64,000 nt of DNA from Octopus sinensis (Eukaryota), in the NCBI RefSeq assembly GCF_006345805.1, contig NC_043004.1, positions 67,580,001 to 67,644,000 on the forward strand, written 5' to 3'. Shown here in pieces: positions 12,925 through 25,194 of this stretch. Each line of letters starts with the position of its first letter. The first letter of the stretch is position 1. Below the pieces are notes generated by a model. That model was not told the origin of the DNA. It saw only the letters and a program-made list of their open reading frames with translations, and made no database searches. The position numbers and the translations under genes were made by a program.

Positions 12925-14280
12925 ACCGGAAGCTTTATGAAAATAAACAAAAGACCGAAGGCAGGTGGAAAACAACGAACAATTGTATTAGTATGGCGCT
13001 CAGGAATATAAATAAAACAAGTCTTTAACGTTTCGAGCCTACGCTCTTCAACAGAAAGATACACAGAGAGAGAAAAAACACAGAAAGAAGGAAGAAAAAA
13101 AAATGCGTGCAGTAGCTAACGAATCAACATGGCGATCTGATTTCGGCCAGAGGTCAAGATCAAACATGAGACGCGAGAGCGAAATAAGGGGAGATAATAG
13201 GGTTGATGGACCAGCTAAAAGTGCGTGGGAGGGGTCTGGATGTGTATGTATAGGGTTGGTGTAGTATTAGTATGTATAAGGGTGTGCGTGTTGTGTTGTG
13301 GTGTATGAGAGAGTATTAGTGCGTGGGATTGGTCTGGACGTGCGTATGTATGGGGTTGGTGTATGTATTAGTATGTATTAGTATGTATTAGTACGTATTG
13401 GTATGTATAGTGTGTGTGGTGTGTGTGAGAGAGTATAATGCGTATGCGGGGTCTGGACGTGTGTATGTATAGGGTTTGGTGTAAGTATTAGTATGTACTA
13501 GTATGTAATTAGTACGTATTAGTATGTATTATTTGGTGTGTGATTTGTATGGCACATCATATGTGATGTGATGTTAAAGTCATGTGGTGTAGTGAGGAGA
13601 AGAGGGGGAGAAGGGGAATGGGAAGAAGAGGGGGAGGGGGAGGGTGAAGAGGAGAGGAGGGGAGAAGGAAGGGGAGGAGAGGATGAAGGAGAAAGAGGGA
13701 GATGGGGAAGAGGGAGAGAGGAGTGAGGAGCAGAGGGAAGAGGAAGAGGGAGGGAGAAAGAGGGAAGAAGGGGGAGTAGGGGTGAAAAGATGAAGGACTG
13801 AAGAAGTGGGGGTCGGGAGAAAGGATAGGTGAGGAGGGGGAGAGGGGGGTTAGATGAGGAGGGGGGAGAGTTGAGACCAATGGCGTATAAGAGCGAAGAG
13901 AGAAGATTAATTCCTGTTCACGGCGCAAACGGGAATCCGGATGGCCTCTGTGTAAGGACAAACCGAACAGATAGGTGTTGCAAGGAGTGACCGGTGGAGC
14001 GGAAATGGCGTGAGACCGGTGTGTCGTTTCGCAAGGTGGATGTCACGAAGGTGTTCCGCGAACCGGTCAGCCAAGCGGCGGTCCCGTTTGTCCGATGTAC
14101 AAGAATTGCAGAGAGAGCAAGAGATTGCAATAATAATATGCTGGAGGTGCAGGTGAAGGAGTGGATGATGGGATAGGGTCGATGTGGGTGCTAGTGAGGC
14201 GGGTGGTGTTGGAGAGGTAAGGGCAAGTGCGGCAACGTGGGCGGGAGCAGGGGAACGAGCCGGTTGGGAGGTAGGGTCAG
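12925..14280 (-). repeat. 3' pseudo-LTR of the PLE (EN C-terminus, 3' UTR and HHR)
   Basis: Direct repeat of 17312-18658; the differences are mostly single-base indels. Confidence 0.93.
13022..13059 (-). ncRNA. Minimal type I hammerhead ribozyme motif with variant core (CUGUUGA)
   Basis: TCTTT-CTGTTGA-A-GAGC(GTAG)GCTC-GAAAC-GTT-AAAGA: 5-bp stem I, 4-bp stem II, palindromic ACGT stem III. Confidence 0.75.
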
Positions 14281-16715
14281 GGAAGGAGCTATGGACCAAA
14301 AGGTCTCGAAGGTTGTGGGCTCGTTTGAAAGAGGGGAGGGTCGGTTAGGGAAGAGGTGTGAAGTGGACGGGTCGGACTGGAGATGACGGAAAGCTCGAAG
14401 AATGGTGGCGTTGGAGACGTAGGGTCGTGGGGTGGTAAGTGAGGGGAAAAGGGAGGCGGGAGACTACAGGCGGGTCGGGGAGAGAGAGCAGATACACGGT
14501 CCACGGACCGTGCTCTGGCAAGGGATGTTGGATAGTGGTGAGGGGGTATCCACGTAGGGTGAAGTGGTGAGCCATACGTTTGAGACTGAGTCTCAAAGTC
14601 ATGGTCGTCACTACAGAGCCTACGTAGACGAGGAATTGGGAATAGGGGATGGAAAGCTTGGTGTGTTCTGGGTGGGAGGAAAGAGTTGAGGTATGAGTGT
14701 GAGTCTGTGTGTTTGTAGTGAATGGAGGTGGTAAGAGTGGAGTCAAGAATGCTAACCGAATGTCGAGGAAGGAGACAGAGGTGTTGGAGATAGTGGAGTG
14801 AGTGGAGGGCTGGATGGAAAGATTGGACGAAAGAGAGGAAGGAATCTAGATGTTCGCGGGAGAGTGAGGTGGCACCGATAATGTCGTCAATATAACGACC
14901 ATATAGTTCAGGAGTGGGACCAGTGAAAGTAGAGAATATTTGGGCCTCAACATAGCCAACGAACAGGTTCGCATAGTTGGGGCCCATTCGCGTTTCCCAT
15001 GGCCACTCCCGAGACCTGATGGTAGAACTCGCCGCCGAGACGAGAAGCAGTTCAGAGTAAGGACAAGTTCGGCCAGACGAATGAGTGTGAGGTGTCAGGT
15101 ACAGGGTTAGAGCGGAGGTCAGAAAGTGTCGAAGTGGCCTGCAGTCCTTCGTGGTGAGGGAAAACAGTATAGAGGCTTTGGATGTCCATAGAAAAAGGAT
15201 TTTGGAGGAGCCGGGAGGAAAGGAGAAAGAGTTGAAAAGCCGGAGAGCATGGTTGGTATCGTGGATGTGGGAGGGAAGAGATGCCACTAGGGGGGCAAGG
15301 ACACGGTCGAGGTATATTAGAGATGAGCTCCGTGGGGCAGTTACAGCGGAGACGATGGGGCGGCCAGGGTTGTTGGGTTTGTGGATTTTGGGGAGGAAGT
15401 AAATGGGGGGGTACTGGGTTCGCACAATTAGGTTGGATGCGGTGCGGGGGAACGGAGGACGAGATGAGGTCTTGGACAGTAGAGGATACCGTCTGTTGGT
15501 ACTACGTGTGGGGTAGAGGGCAGAGGGAAATAGAAGGAGGTGTCATTGAGTGGCGGAAAGCTCGGCCCTATAGAGGTCCGCGCGCCCCACCACTACAGCT
15601 CCACCCTTGTCCCCGGTTTGATGATAATGTCAGCGCGCCTTGGAGGGAACGAAGAGCCAAGAGCTCAGCCGGGGAGATGTTGAGGCGGCGTTGGCGCCTG
15701 GAGAAGTTGAACCGCTCCAATGCACGCTGACAAGCGCCCGCGAAAAGATCCACTGCTAGGATCTGGCCAGGGGCAGGCGTCCACGGGGATGGTCGGCGGC
15801 CCAGCCCAGTGAAGCATCGTCCTCTTCGTTGGGTGTGGGTGGCGAGTCGTGGTAATGCGCACCCAACCGGACACGGCGCACAAAGCTGTGGACATCAACT
15901 CGCGTCTGGAATTCCTTACAGGATGGAGTGAGGGGGATGAAACGCAGAACCCCTACCAAGGACGGAGCGTTCAGCCGCAGAGAGGGGAAGATCGGGGGAA
16001 TGGTAACAACAGACGGAAGTGGAGAAGGGGTGGGTGGAATAGAAGTAGGAGGGGTGGTAGGTCTCGTGAGGTCTGAGGGGGAGGGATTGGGGAGGTGTGT
16101 GGGGGTGGTTGGGCGGCAGTAGGGTTAGGTGTAGGTGGATGGAGCCTAACGGGAGGGGAGAAGGGGTTGTAGGGAGGGGCAGGGTTAAGTGTGGGTGGAT
16201 GGAGCCTATCGGGAGGGGAGAAGGTGGGTGGAGGAGTTGGGTAGTGGCGTCGGGTAGGGTGGAATGGAAGAGTGATTGGAGTTTACGAAGTTTGGTATCA
16301 GAAAGAAATGATGGAAGAGTTGATTCAAATGGATAATGAAGCGTAGCGTGTTTGGAGCATAGAGAGCGCAGAGAGGAGAAGAAGGTGGAGAAGCAGAGGA
16401 AGAAGGCGGTTTGATGGCTTGTAGTTTTGGAGAGATTGGAGCGAATGTTGGCCCGCATAAGGGCTTAGATGTGGTGCGGAGTATGGGTAAGATGGAAGAA
16501 TCCGAGTGGAGAGCAGGGAAGTGGAGGCGGAAACCTTTAGGGTGAGTCCGGTGATGTAGGCAGCGGCTTAGAAAGAGACATGGCTAGAGAAGCGGGTTTT
16601 TTTAAAAGAAGTAGAGAGAGATTAACGGACGGCTGAAGGCGATATACAGGAAGCGAACGTAATGATCCTTCAAACGGTGATTGAGGTGAGGAGGTAGGAC
16701 CTAGGATCCGGCATG
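13860..16715 (-). pseudogene. PLE polyprotein (N-terminal domain, RT, GIY-YIG endonuclease), frameshifted as assembled
   Basis: Pieces lie in ORFs 15916-16458, 14289-15425, 14345-14746 and 13907-14299, with many 1-nt frameshifts. Ends are approximate. Confidence 0.85.
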
Positions 16716-17311
16716 ATGGGATAGCGGAAAAAAAACGTTCGAAAAACAAAAACAAAAATTATCGTATGAAAAAAATAGAAAAAAGGGGAAAAAACAACGT
16801 TCAAAAAAACAAAAACAAAAAATTAAAAAATAAAAAATAATAATCGTATGAAAACTAGATAAGTAAGCGATAGGGCGAAAGACGGGGCAAACGGAAAAGG
16901 AAAGAAAGAAGGGAAGCAGAGAGAGGGGGAGGCAAAAAAAGGGGGTGCAGGCAGAGGAAACGGAGTATGACATCCAGAGAGGGAAGAAAGACGGAAGGAG
17001 AACAAAAATTCAGGAAAATGTGGAAAGCATGAAATGAATGTAAAAAGTGGTAATATAATAGAAAATAAAAATACACAAACGGGACAGTTTTATGCGAACA
17101 GTTCAAGGTTGAAAGTTCAAGGTGAGAAATGTGTAGACGTCGTGTATTTTTTTAAGGATTTCACATCAATGCAAAGTCACTTTATCCGCGAAAGAGAGGT
17201 GCAGCCGATGTGAAGTATCCAAGAGGTAAAGAAAATCCAAGGTAGAGGTAGTGTTGATAGTGGTATTGGTAAATATAGGATGAAAGTGAGACCACTGAGC
17301 GCATAATATAT

Positions 17312-18658
17312 CCGTGAAGCTTATGAAATAAACCAAAGACGAGCAGTGTGGAAACAAACGAACAATTGTATTAGTATGGCGCTCAGGAAATATAAATAAC
17401 AATCTTTAACGTTTCGAGCCTACGCTCTCAACAGAAGATACACAGAGAGAAACCACAGAAGAAGGAAGAAAAAAAATGCGTGCAGTAGCTAACGAATCAA
17501 CATGGCGATCTGATTTCGGCCAGAGGTCAAGATCAAACATGAGACGCGAGAGCGAAATAAGGGGAGATAATAGGGTTGAGGGACACTAAGTGCGTGGGAG
17601 GGGTCTGGATGTGTATGTATAGGGTTGGGTGTATGTATTAGTATGTATAAGGGTGTGTGTGTGTGTGTGGTGTATGAGAGTATTAGTGCGTGGGATTGGT
17701 CTGGACGTGCGTATGTATGGGGGGTGTGTATGTATTAGTATGTATTAGTATGTAGGTACGTATTGGGTAGGTATAGGTGTGTGTGTGTGTGTGTGAGAGA
17801 GTATAAGTGCGTATGCGGTCTGGACGTGTGTATGTATAGGTTGGTGTAAGTATTAGTATGTACTAGTATGTATTAGTACGTATTAGTATGTATTAGTTGT
17901 GTGTTGTATTAGTATACATCATATGTGATGTGATGTGTAAAGTCATGTGTGTAGTGAGGAGAAGAGGGGGGAGAGGGGGGGGGAAGAGGGGAAGGGGAGG
18001 GGGAGAGAGGGGAGGGGAGGGTGAAGAGAGAGGATGGGAAAGAAGGGGAGGAGAGGGATGAAGGAGGAAAGATGGAGAGGGGAGAGAGAAGGGGAGAGAG
18101 GGAGTGAGGGAGCAGAGGGAAGAGGAATAGGAGGGAGAAAGAGGGAGAAGGAAGTGGAGTAGGGGTGAAAGGATGAGGACTGAAGAAGTGGGGCGGGGTG
18201 GAGAAAGATAGGTGAGGAGGGAGATGGGGGTTAGATGAGGAGGGGGTAGAGTTGAGACCAATTCGTATAAGAGCGAAGAGAGAAGATTAATTCCTGTTCA
18301 CGGCGCAAACGGGAATCCGGATGGCCTCTGTTTAAGGACAAACCGAACACAGATAGGTGTGCAAGAAGTGACCGTTGGAGCGGAAATGGCGTGAGACCGG
18401 TGTGTCCGTTCGCAAGGTGGATGTCACGAAGGTGTTCCGCGAACCGTCAGCCAAGCGGCGTCCCGTTTGTCCGATGTACAAGGAATTGCAGAGAGAGCAA
18501 GAGATGCAATAGATAATATTGCTGGAGGTGCAGGTGAGGAGATGTGATGGATAGGGGTCGATGGTGGGTGCTAGTGAGGCGGGTGGTGTTGGAGAGGTAA
18601 GGGCAGTGCGGCAACGTGGCGGAGCAGGGGAACGAGCCAGGTTGGGAGGTAGGGTCAG
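17312..18658 (-). repeat. 5' pseudo-LTR of the PLE
   Basis: Direct repeat of 12925-14280, located upstream of the ORF start. Confidence 0.93.
17403..17438 (-). ncRNA. Second pLTR copy of the minimal hammerhead motif
   Basis: TCTT-CTGTTGA-GAGC(GTAG)GCTC-GAAAC-GTT-AAAGA. Confidence 0.7.
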
Positions 18659-19132
18659 CATGTATATGTGAGGTTTGCCTATGAGCGTATGTATGCATGA
18701 ATGTATGTGTAAGCATTGCTACGACATTTTTGTACCAGTGTTTAAATATCGGAATATTGTGTTCAATACTATTCCATTCAATCTATAAGGTATGTATTAG
18801 TCGAGGAAATCTGGAAATAAGAATTATTACTTTTCAAAGCATAGTAATAATGCACGTACATATATGCCTACATACCTATATATACATATATAAAAATACA
18901 CATATATCTCTATGCTGCATACGTATGTATGAACTTAAGTAAAATATGTATATCACTATAATATATATATATATATTACTATAATATATAGATATATGTA
19001 TATATATATATATACCAATTAAGGATAATCTCTTAATAAGGGATCTTAACAAGAAATTATCGGGTAGCTAGCGTGAAAACCTCATAAGAAAAGAATCGAA
19101 ATAATTCTTTCTTTTGAACAAATTTATATATC

Positions 19133-19242
19133 TATATTGTATAGAGGGCATTATTACACATAAATGCCTCACACTAGGAGGGACAAGACTTGTCCCTCCT
19201 AGTGTGAGCATTTATGTGTAATAATGCCCTCTATACAATATA
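19133..19242. repeat. Near-perfect 110-bp palindrome with a 1-nt centre
   Basis: 19133-19187 is the reverse complement of 19189-19242 except for one G indel. Confidence 0.95.
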
Positions 19243-19394
19243 TATCTATATACATATATATATATATGGGTATGTATGTGTATATATATGTATATATATA
19301 TATATTAATATATTATATATATATATATATATATAAATATATTTATATACACATACATACCTATCATTCCGTCACTCTGACAAGGTGAGTAATA

Positions 19395-20570
19395 TAAAGG
19401 GTTGGAGAAAATAATGGAAGCACCTTAAAATTTGAATTGAATTTATTTTAATGTGGGGTACGGCCGCCTTTAGCAGTAATAACAGCTTAGATTCTGCGAG
19501 GTATGGACTCGTACAAAGTTTAAATTGCTTCCAAATGAATTTTTGTTCATTCTTCAACTAATACAGTCTCCAGTTCTTATAGTGATGATGGTAGAGGATA
19601 TCAAATCCTTACTTGTTTTTTTTAAAACGCACCATAAATGTTCAATAATATTGAGATTTGAAGAGTGTAGTGGACAGATAAGATGTTCAACTTAACTAGA
19701 ACGTTTCTAGTGGCATTCAGTAACAAACGTAGCAGTGTGAATTAGTGCATTATCATCCCGAGAGATTTCGTTTCCTTCTTTAAATAGTCTTGGCCATTAA
19801 TTCTGCCCTGATGGGAACCATTGGGCTGGTGGATTTCCAATGTATAGCCCTGCCAGATCAATACGATCCTCCTCCATGTTTAACAGATGGAAAAAGGCTC
19901 TCTGGGTCAAATGCTTCTTTTGGCTTTGTCCACTCGAATACTCGGCCGGTGATCGGAAATACGGTAAAGGATGACTCGTCTGTGAAGATAACTTTTTCCA
20001 CTGCTCTAGGGACCAATTCTGCAGATTTTTACTCCACTCTAAACGCTTTGCAACGTTTGTTTTTGAAATTAGTGGTTTGGTTTTCTGAATGCAGCCCTCC
20101 AGTGAAATCGGATTTTGTGCAGCGTACCGGAGAACAGTTTTTCTGGAAACTGGGTTCTCGAGCTAGTCATTGAGCTCTGCAGTAATTTTAGGAGCTGTAC
20201 TTTTGTGATCCTTTCTAACAATTCGCGTAAGACTTCGATGCTTCCTATCTGAAAGTGTTCGTCTTCTTTCGGAGCTTTGTTTCGAAGAGTAGGCTTTTTC
20301 CTCTTTCTCAAACGCTGTCATTACTTTCGAGACAGTATTTCTAGATACAACAAACATCTCGGCTGTTATCGTTACGCTGGCACCTGCCATACAAGCAACT
20401 ACAATTTGACCTCTTTGAAAGTTCGATAGATCTGTCATTTAATGAATTTTAATTACATTTTTTCTGATGATATCAGAAAAGAAATAGCAATTGTGGCTAA
20501 ACATATTATGCAACGCTAGATATTTCGAAATTATGATGCTAGGTGTTTCCATTATTTTGTCCATCCCCTG
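19395..20570 (-). mobile_element. Tc1-family DNA transposon, decayed, both TIRs present
   Basis: TIRs (~29 bp, CAGGGG(A/T)TGGACAAAATAATGGAAACACC-like) at ~19395-19424 and 20542-20570, with TA at 20571-72. Transposase remnants MTDLSNFQRGQIVVACMAGASVT, VIFTDESSFTVF, SVKHGGGS, DDNALIH and SNLNIIEHLW. Confidence 0.92.
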
Positions 20571-20883
20571 TATGTAAACAGATCGGAAAATGTAGCTTGG
20601 AAAGTAGATATGTAGCTAGTGAGATGAATAGACAGATAGATATATAGGTGCATTCTATTCTATCATACGCATTACCTGTCTTAGTGTAACCTGTATGTTC
20701 GAACATTTTTTAGACCTATTATTTTTGGAGTTATCGAGCAAAGCTCACAATAATTTTTTAAAGCGTTTCTCTTTTTCTACGTCAAGTTGATCTATTTGAG
20801 ATGATATTCCTAACGCACTATTATTGTTTTTAATATCTTTCTCCTCACACCACGTATTATCTCTTATCTCTTAGCTTGATATG

Positions 20884-20945
<62 letters not shown>

Positions 20946-21017
20946 ATATGTATGTATGTATGTATATGTTTATAAATATATGCCAATATATTTAAATATA
21001 TATATATTATATATATA

Positions 21018-21048
<31 letters not shown>

Positions 21049-22505
21049 AGTTGTGTGGAATTACATATACATTTACATATATACATATAAATATATACAT
21101 ATATATATATATATGCATAAATATACGTATATCCACATATAAATATGCGTCTATACTTATATAAATACGCATACATATATATATTTGTGTATGTGTATAT
21201 ATATCTATATACATACATGTATATATATAAGTACATGTATGATTGCATATAGATCAATATACATGTGTGTGTGTGTGTGTGTGTGTCTCCCTCTCTCTGT
21301 ATGTATTGTACAAGTATGCACATGTACACACATTAGCATATATTTTTATAGGTTTATATATGCATGTCTGAATGTAAGTGTGTATATATGTGTATATGTA
21401 CGCACGTCGCTGGTTCACTTTATTCTTCCTACATTTTAGTATTGCTGTTTAATTCCATCCCTTACACTTACTCTGCAACTAACACCACGTCTCTCTCCTT
21501 ACGAATACAGAACAACATTTTCTGTTCATCCTCAATTGAACATTAATAACTGTATCTATTTCTCTCCACCTTCATAACTAATTCTCTACATTATTTTCTC
21601 TTTCACTCTCCTTCTTTTCTTCTCAGTCAACTTTACTCTGGTCCTTTCACACTCTCTATATTCCTGTCTTTATCACGGCAACTCTCCTTTATTTTCACTC
21701 TCGTCGCTCTTATCGTCATCTTTATCTCTATGAATGTCTTTTACCCTGCCACACTATCTAATGTATATTTTCTTCAACAATAACTTTTTCTGTTTTCTCT
21801 CCATCTCTTTTGACCCCACTCACCACATTTCTCTCTTTCTCCCTCTCTATCTATCCCTCTTCCCTTCTCTCTCATATTCTCTCAGTGACTTTCTCTCTTA
21901 CTCTCAACCCCCTTTTCTCCTATTCTCCCTGTCTCATTCTACCTCAATCGTTTCTAATCTTCCCCACCCAATGACCGAGAAATATATATCTCCATTATTC
22001 GGCTCTCCTTTCTCTTCCATTCAGTATCAACCACTTCACTTGGTATTCATATTTTAGTGCATTCTTATCACCATTATTATTATCATTTCAGCGTTATAAC
22101 AAAAACAACAGAAACAAGAAGAATAACAAAGACAATAATAATAGTAATATCATTATTATTATTATTGATATTTATTTATTTATTTTTATATATTATCTTT
22201 CCACTGTAGCATTTCATAATACTGCCTAATATCTTATTTTTCTTTTCATCAACATTTTCCTCTTATTCACCTCAGTAAAGCTATTCGTTTTTTTTTACAT
22301 ATTCTTTTATATCTGCTTTGTTATCATTTATTACTTTTTTTTTTCATATTTTTAGTTATTTCCTCTCAATTTATATAGATTGTGTGTTTCTAAGCTCGTG
22401 TAAAATGATCTTCATTATTATATATGCGTTCTATGTTCTTATTTATGTATTTTAATTTTCCCTTATACACACACAACTCACATGCACACATATACATACA
22501 TACAT

Positions 22506-22565
<60 letters not shown>

Positions 22566-22571
22566 TTATAT

Positions 22572-22614
<43 letters not shown>

Positions 22615-22653
22615 ACATATATATTTCATATACATATGAAATCTATATTATGC

Positions 22654-22685
<32 letters not shown>

Positions 22686-23460
22686 TATAGATATATATAT
22701 TATATATATATATATATATACTATATATATATAACGTAGTATAATCATTTATTTGTACTTTTTCTGGTGATCTACGAGATAAGAAGTATCTTTCATCATA
22801 CGCTTACCTATATCAACAGAGAAAAGCATTCAGCAGTTTCTTTTTTCTCATTAGTCTTTTGTTTTTATTTCCCTCTCACAGTATCTGCACTGAGCATATA
22901 TAATATATAGAACCAGATGTTCACGCTGTATTTATATTAACTCATATCAAAATTACCATAGAAATAGCTACGCATATCAATGAAAAACTGTATCCTACCA
23001 TTAGGTCGCTTGGTAGCTATTATCGTAAATATTTATGAGGTCTTTTTTGTAAAGTGGTCAATTTGCAATTTTGTTTACATTTTTATTGCATGGATTTGTT
23101 AATTTTATTTTCATTGTTTTAATTTGTTGTTTTTCATTTATTGCTATCATTTTCTTTCATTCTCTATTTCTGCCTACTTTATTTTATTTTCATAGATTCC
23201 AAAAGGGAACAGCTATCATCTTAGATTGCAAAATTGGTAACTCTCTGAATGTGAACGTGCGTATATATGTCTGTGACATCAGAGAGTGCGTCTGCTTGTG
23301 AGTAACTCTTTCTGCTTTTGTTCTTACGAAGTTATTCTGTCGTAGCCTGCTAAGCTATATATATATATGTATATATATATATATGCATATATATTTATTA
23401 TGCATTTATATGTATAAATAATATATTCATAATATATATATATATATGTAAATATACATA

Positions 23461-23511
<51 letters not shown>

Positions 23512-23874
23512 AGACATATGTGTGTGTGTGTGTGTGTATGTATATATGGGCGCATATAGTTTATCTCATGTATACGCGCATACACATATATGTAAATTTC
23601 TAATATGCATGTATGTTACACTGAGTATATATCCCTTCATGTAGAGCTATTTGCATATATAAAAACTCACTTTCTAGAGTAAAACACTCCTCCTCATGGA
23701 GTATGGTTACCTCGAAATAATCCTAAAGGTGTGTTTATCATTCATTACCGTGTGTAATACGTAAATATTTCAATATCAAATGTGACCACTACTGCACATA
23801 CCTTACTAATATTTAGACAAACGTATGATATATAAACATACTCTACATTTGTTGGCACACATACATACATAATG

Positions 23875-23906
<32 letters not shown>

Positions 23907-24092
23907 ATAATATTATAAATAATATATATTTATATGTGTACACATATATGTATATGTATGTATATTATATATATATAGTTATATATATATATATAATATT
24001 ATAAATACTATATATTTATATGTATACACATATATGTATATGTATGTATAATATACATATATGTATAATATACATATATAATATATATAAAT

Positions 24093-24133
<41 letters not shown>

Positions 24134-24840
24134 AATAGTTTGTATTAATATTTAATCGAACGCCACGCATCCATTTCCAAGTATGTATTTATATATATAT
24201 GCATATATATTAAGGCACACGCTGTAAAGGACGCCCCCATCCCACACCCACCCGTCTCCCATCCACATCCACTTTACCCCAACCACCCCTACAGACACCA
24301 GCCCTCCCCATGCTCCACCTGACATGAAGACAAACACATGAACACAGGAGCCCCAAATTTCCCCACCCTCGCCCTTGAAAAAACATTATATTGTAGAATG
24401 GCAAAAACGAAGACCTATATGACTAAATAGATTTGTCATATTACTGTCGACAGAGAAAATATAGGTTGATATTTTTTTCACTTGAATGTCACGCAACGGA
24501 AAATAAGCAAGCCGAATGATCTCAGTTACTTTGTTTGGCGATCTAGTAATTCTGTTTTATTAGTTAGAATACATCAAGAAGATTTCTCCTGTGGCAACTA
24601 CTACAACCAAATATTTATAAATATTACTTTACATACGTGTCAATTTTTTAGGAAATTTCTTCGGTATGTCCATTGTAGTGTGCCTTGAGAACACGTACAC
24701 CACATACGGCTACAAGTTGTCATCCACTATACTGCACTTTAGCCGCAGGATTTCCGTAAGGAATTACTTCGTGCACGTTTAGTATATTTTAAATAATCAA
24801 TATGAAAGACAGAGTGAACTGTAAGCTTTATTTAGCACGA

Positions 24841-24906
24841 CAATCGTTCTGGCTTACATTTCTACTGTTCCCTAGCGAGCAGTGCAAATGTAAGTCGAAA
24901 CGATCG
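24841..24906 (+). ncRNA. Pre-miRNA-like hairpin (29-bp stem, 8-nt loop)
   Basis: Arms 24841-24869 and 24878-24906 pair at 26 of 29 positions on the plus strand (4 G-U). It may belong to the 5' region of the adjacent mariner. Confidence 0.35.
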
Positions 24907-25036
24907 CCGCTAGAATCGACTTGATGCATACCTCAGACATTCATCTGTCGACAGCCGTTGTCCTGTCGAGCCATACCGTCACGTGGCGCGTCTTCTTGGA
25001 TTTTAGAGTGCTACTCCTCAGATCTCGAAATTTGCA

Positions 25037-25190
25037 ATGCCTGAAATAAAGGAAGAGCATGCATGCGTAAAATTCTGTTTTCTGCTGGAGAAAGTGTAGG
25101 CCGAAACAGTTGTCATGCTTCAAACAGCTTACAAGGCCGCTGACAAAAGCAAAACACAAGCTTAGGTGTGATTTTTACACTTTCACTTTT
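25037..25190 (+). mobile_element. Mariner transposase N-terminal remnant
   Basis: MPEIKEEHACVKFCFLLEKV*AETVVMLQTAYKAADKSKTQ resembles the mariner HTH N-terminus (EQRxCVKFCFLLGKSAAET). Confidence 0.75.
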
Positions 25191-25194
25191 GAAA

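Larger units (their letters stand above)
12925..18658 (-). mobile_element. Penelope-like element (GIY-YIG type), near full length, partial-tandem structure with two pseudo-LTRs
   Basis: RT motifs IYFLPKIHKPNNPGRPIVSA, MGPNYANLFVGYVE and YGRYIDDIIG; GIY-YIG region CTSSNIIYCISCSLCNSLYIGQTGRRL..EHLRD; 12925-14280 is directly repeated at 17312-18658. Confidence 0.95.

Noticed and set aside
20461-20485. CTGATGA..GAAA in the Tc1 subterminal region
   Set aside because: A simple palindrome with no stem II or III; also applies to CTGATGA hits at ~28660, ~34580, ~38515 and ~62512.
24932-25040. Minus-strand segment with strong splice sites
   Set aside because: Stops in all frames, and it is the antisense of the mariner 5' region.
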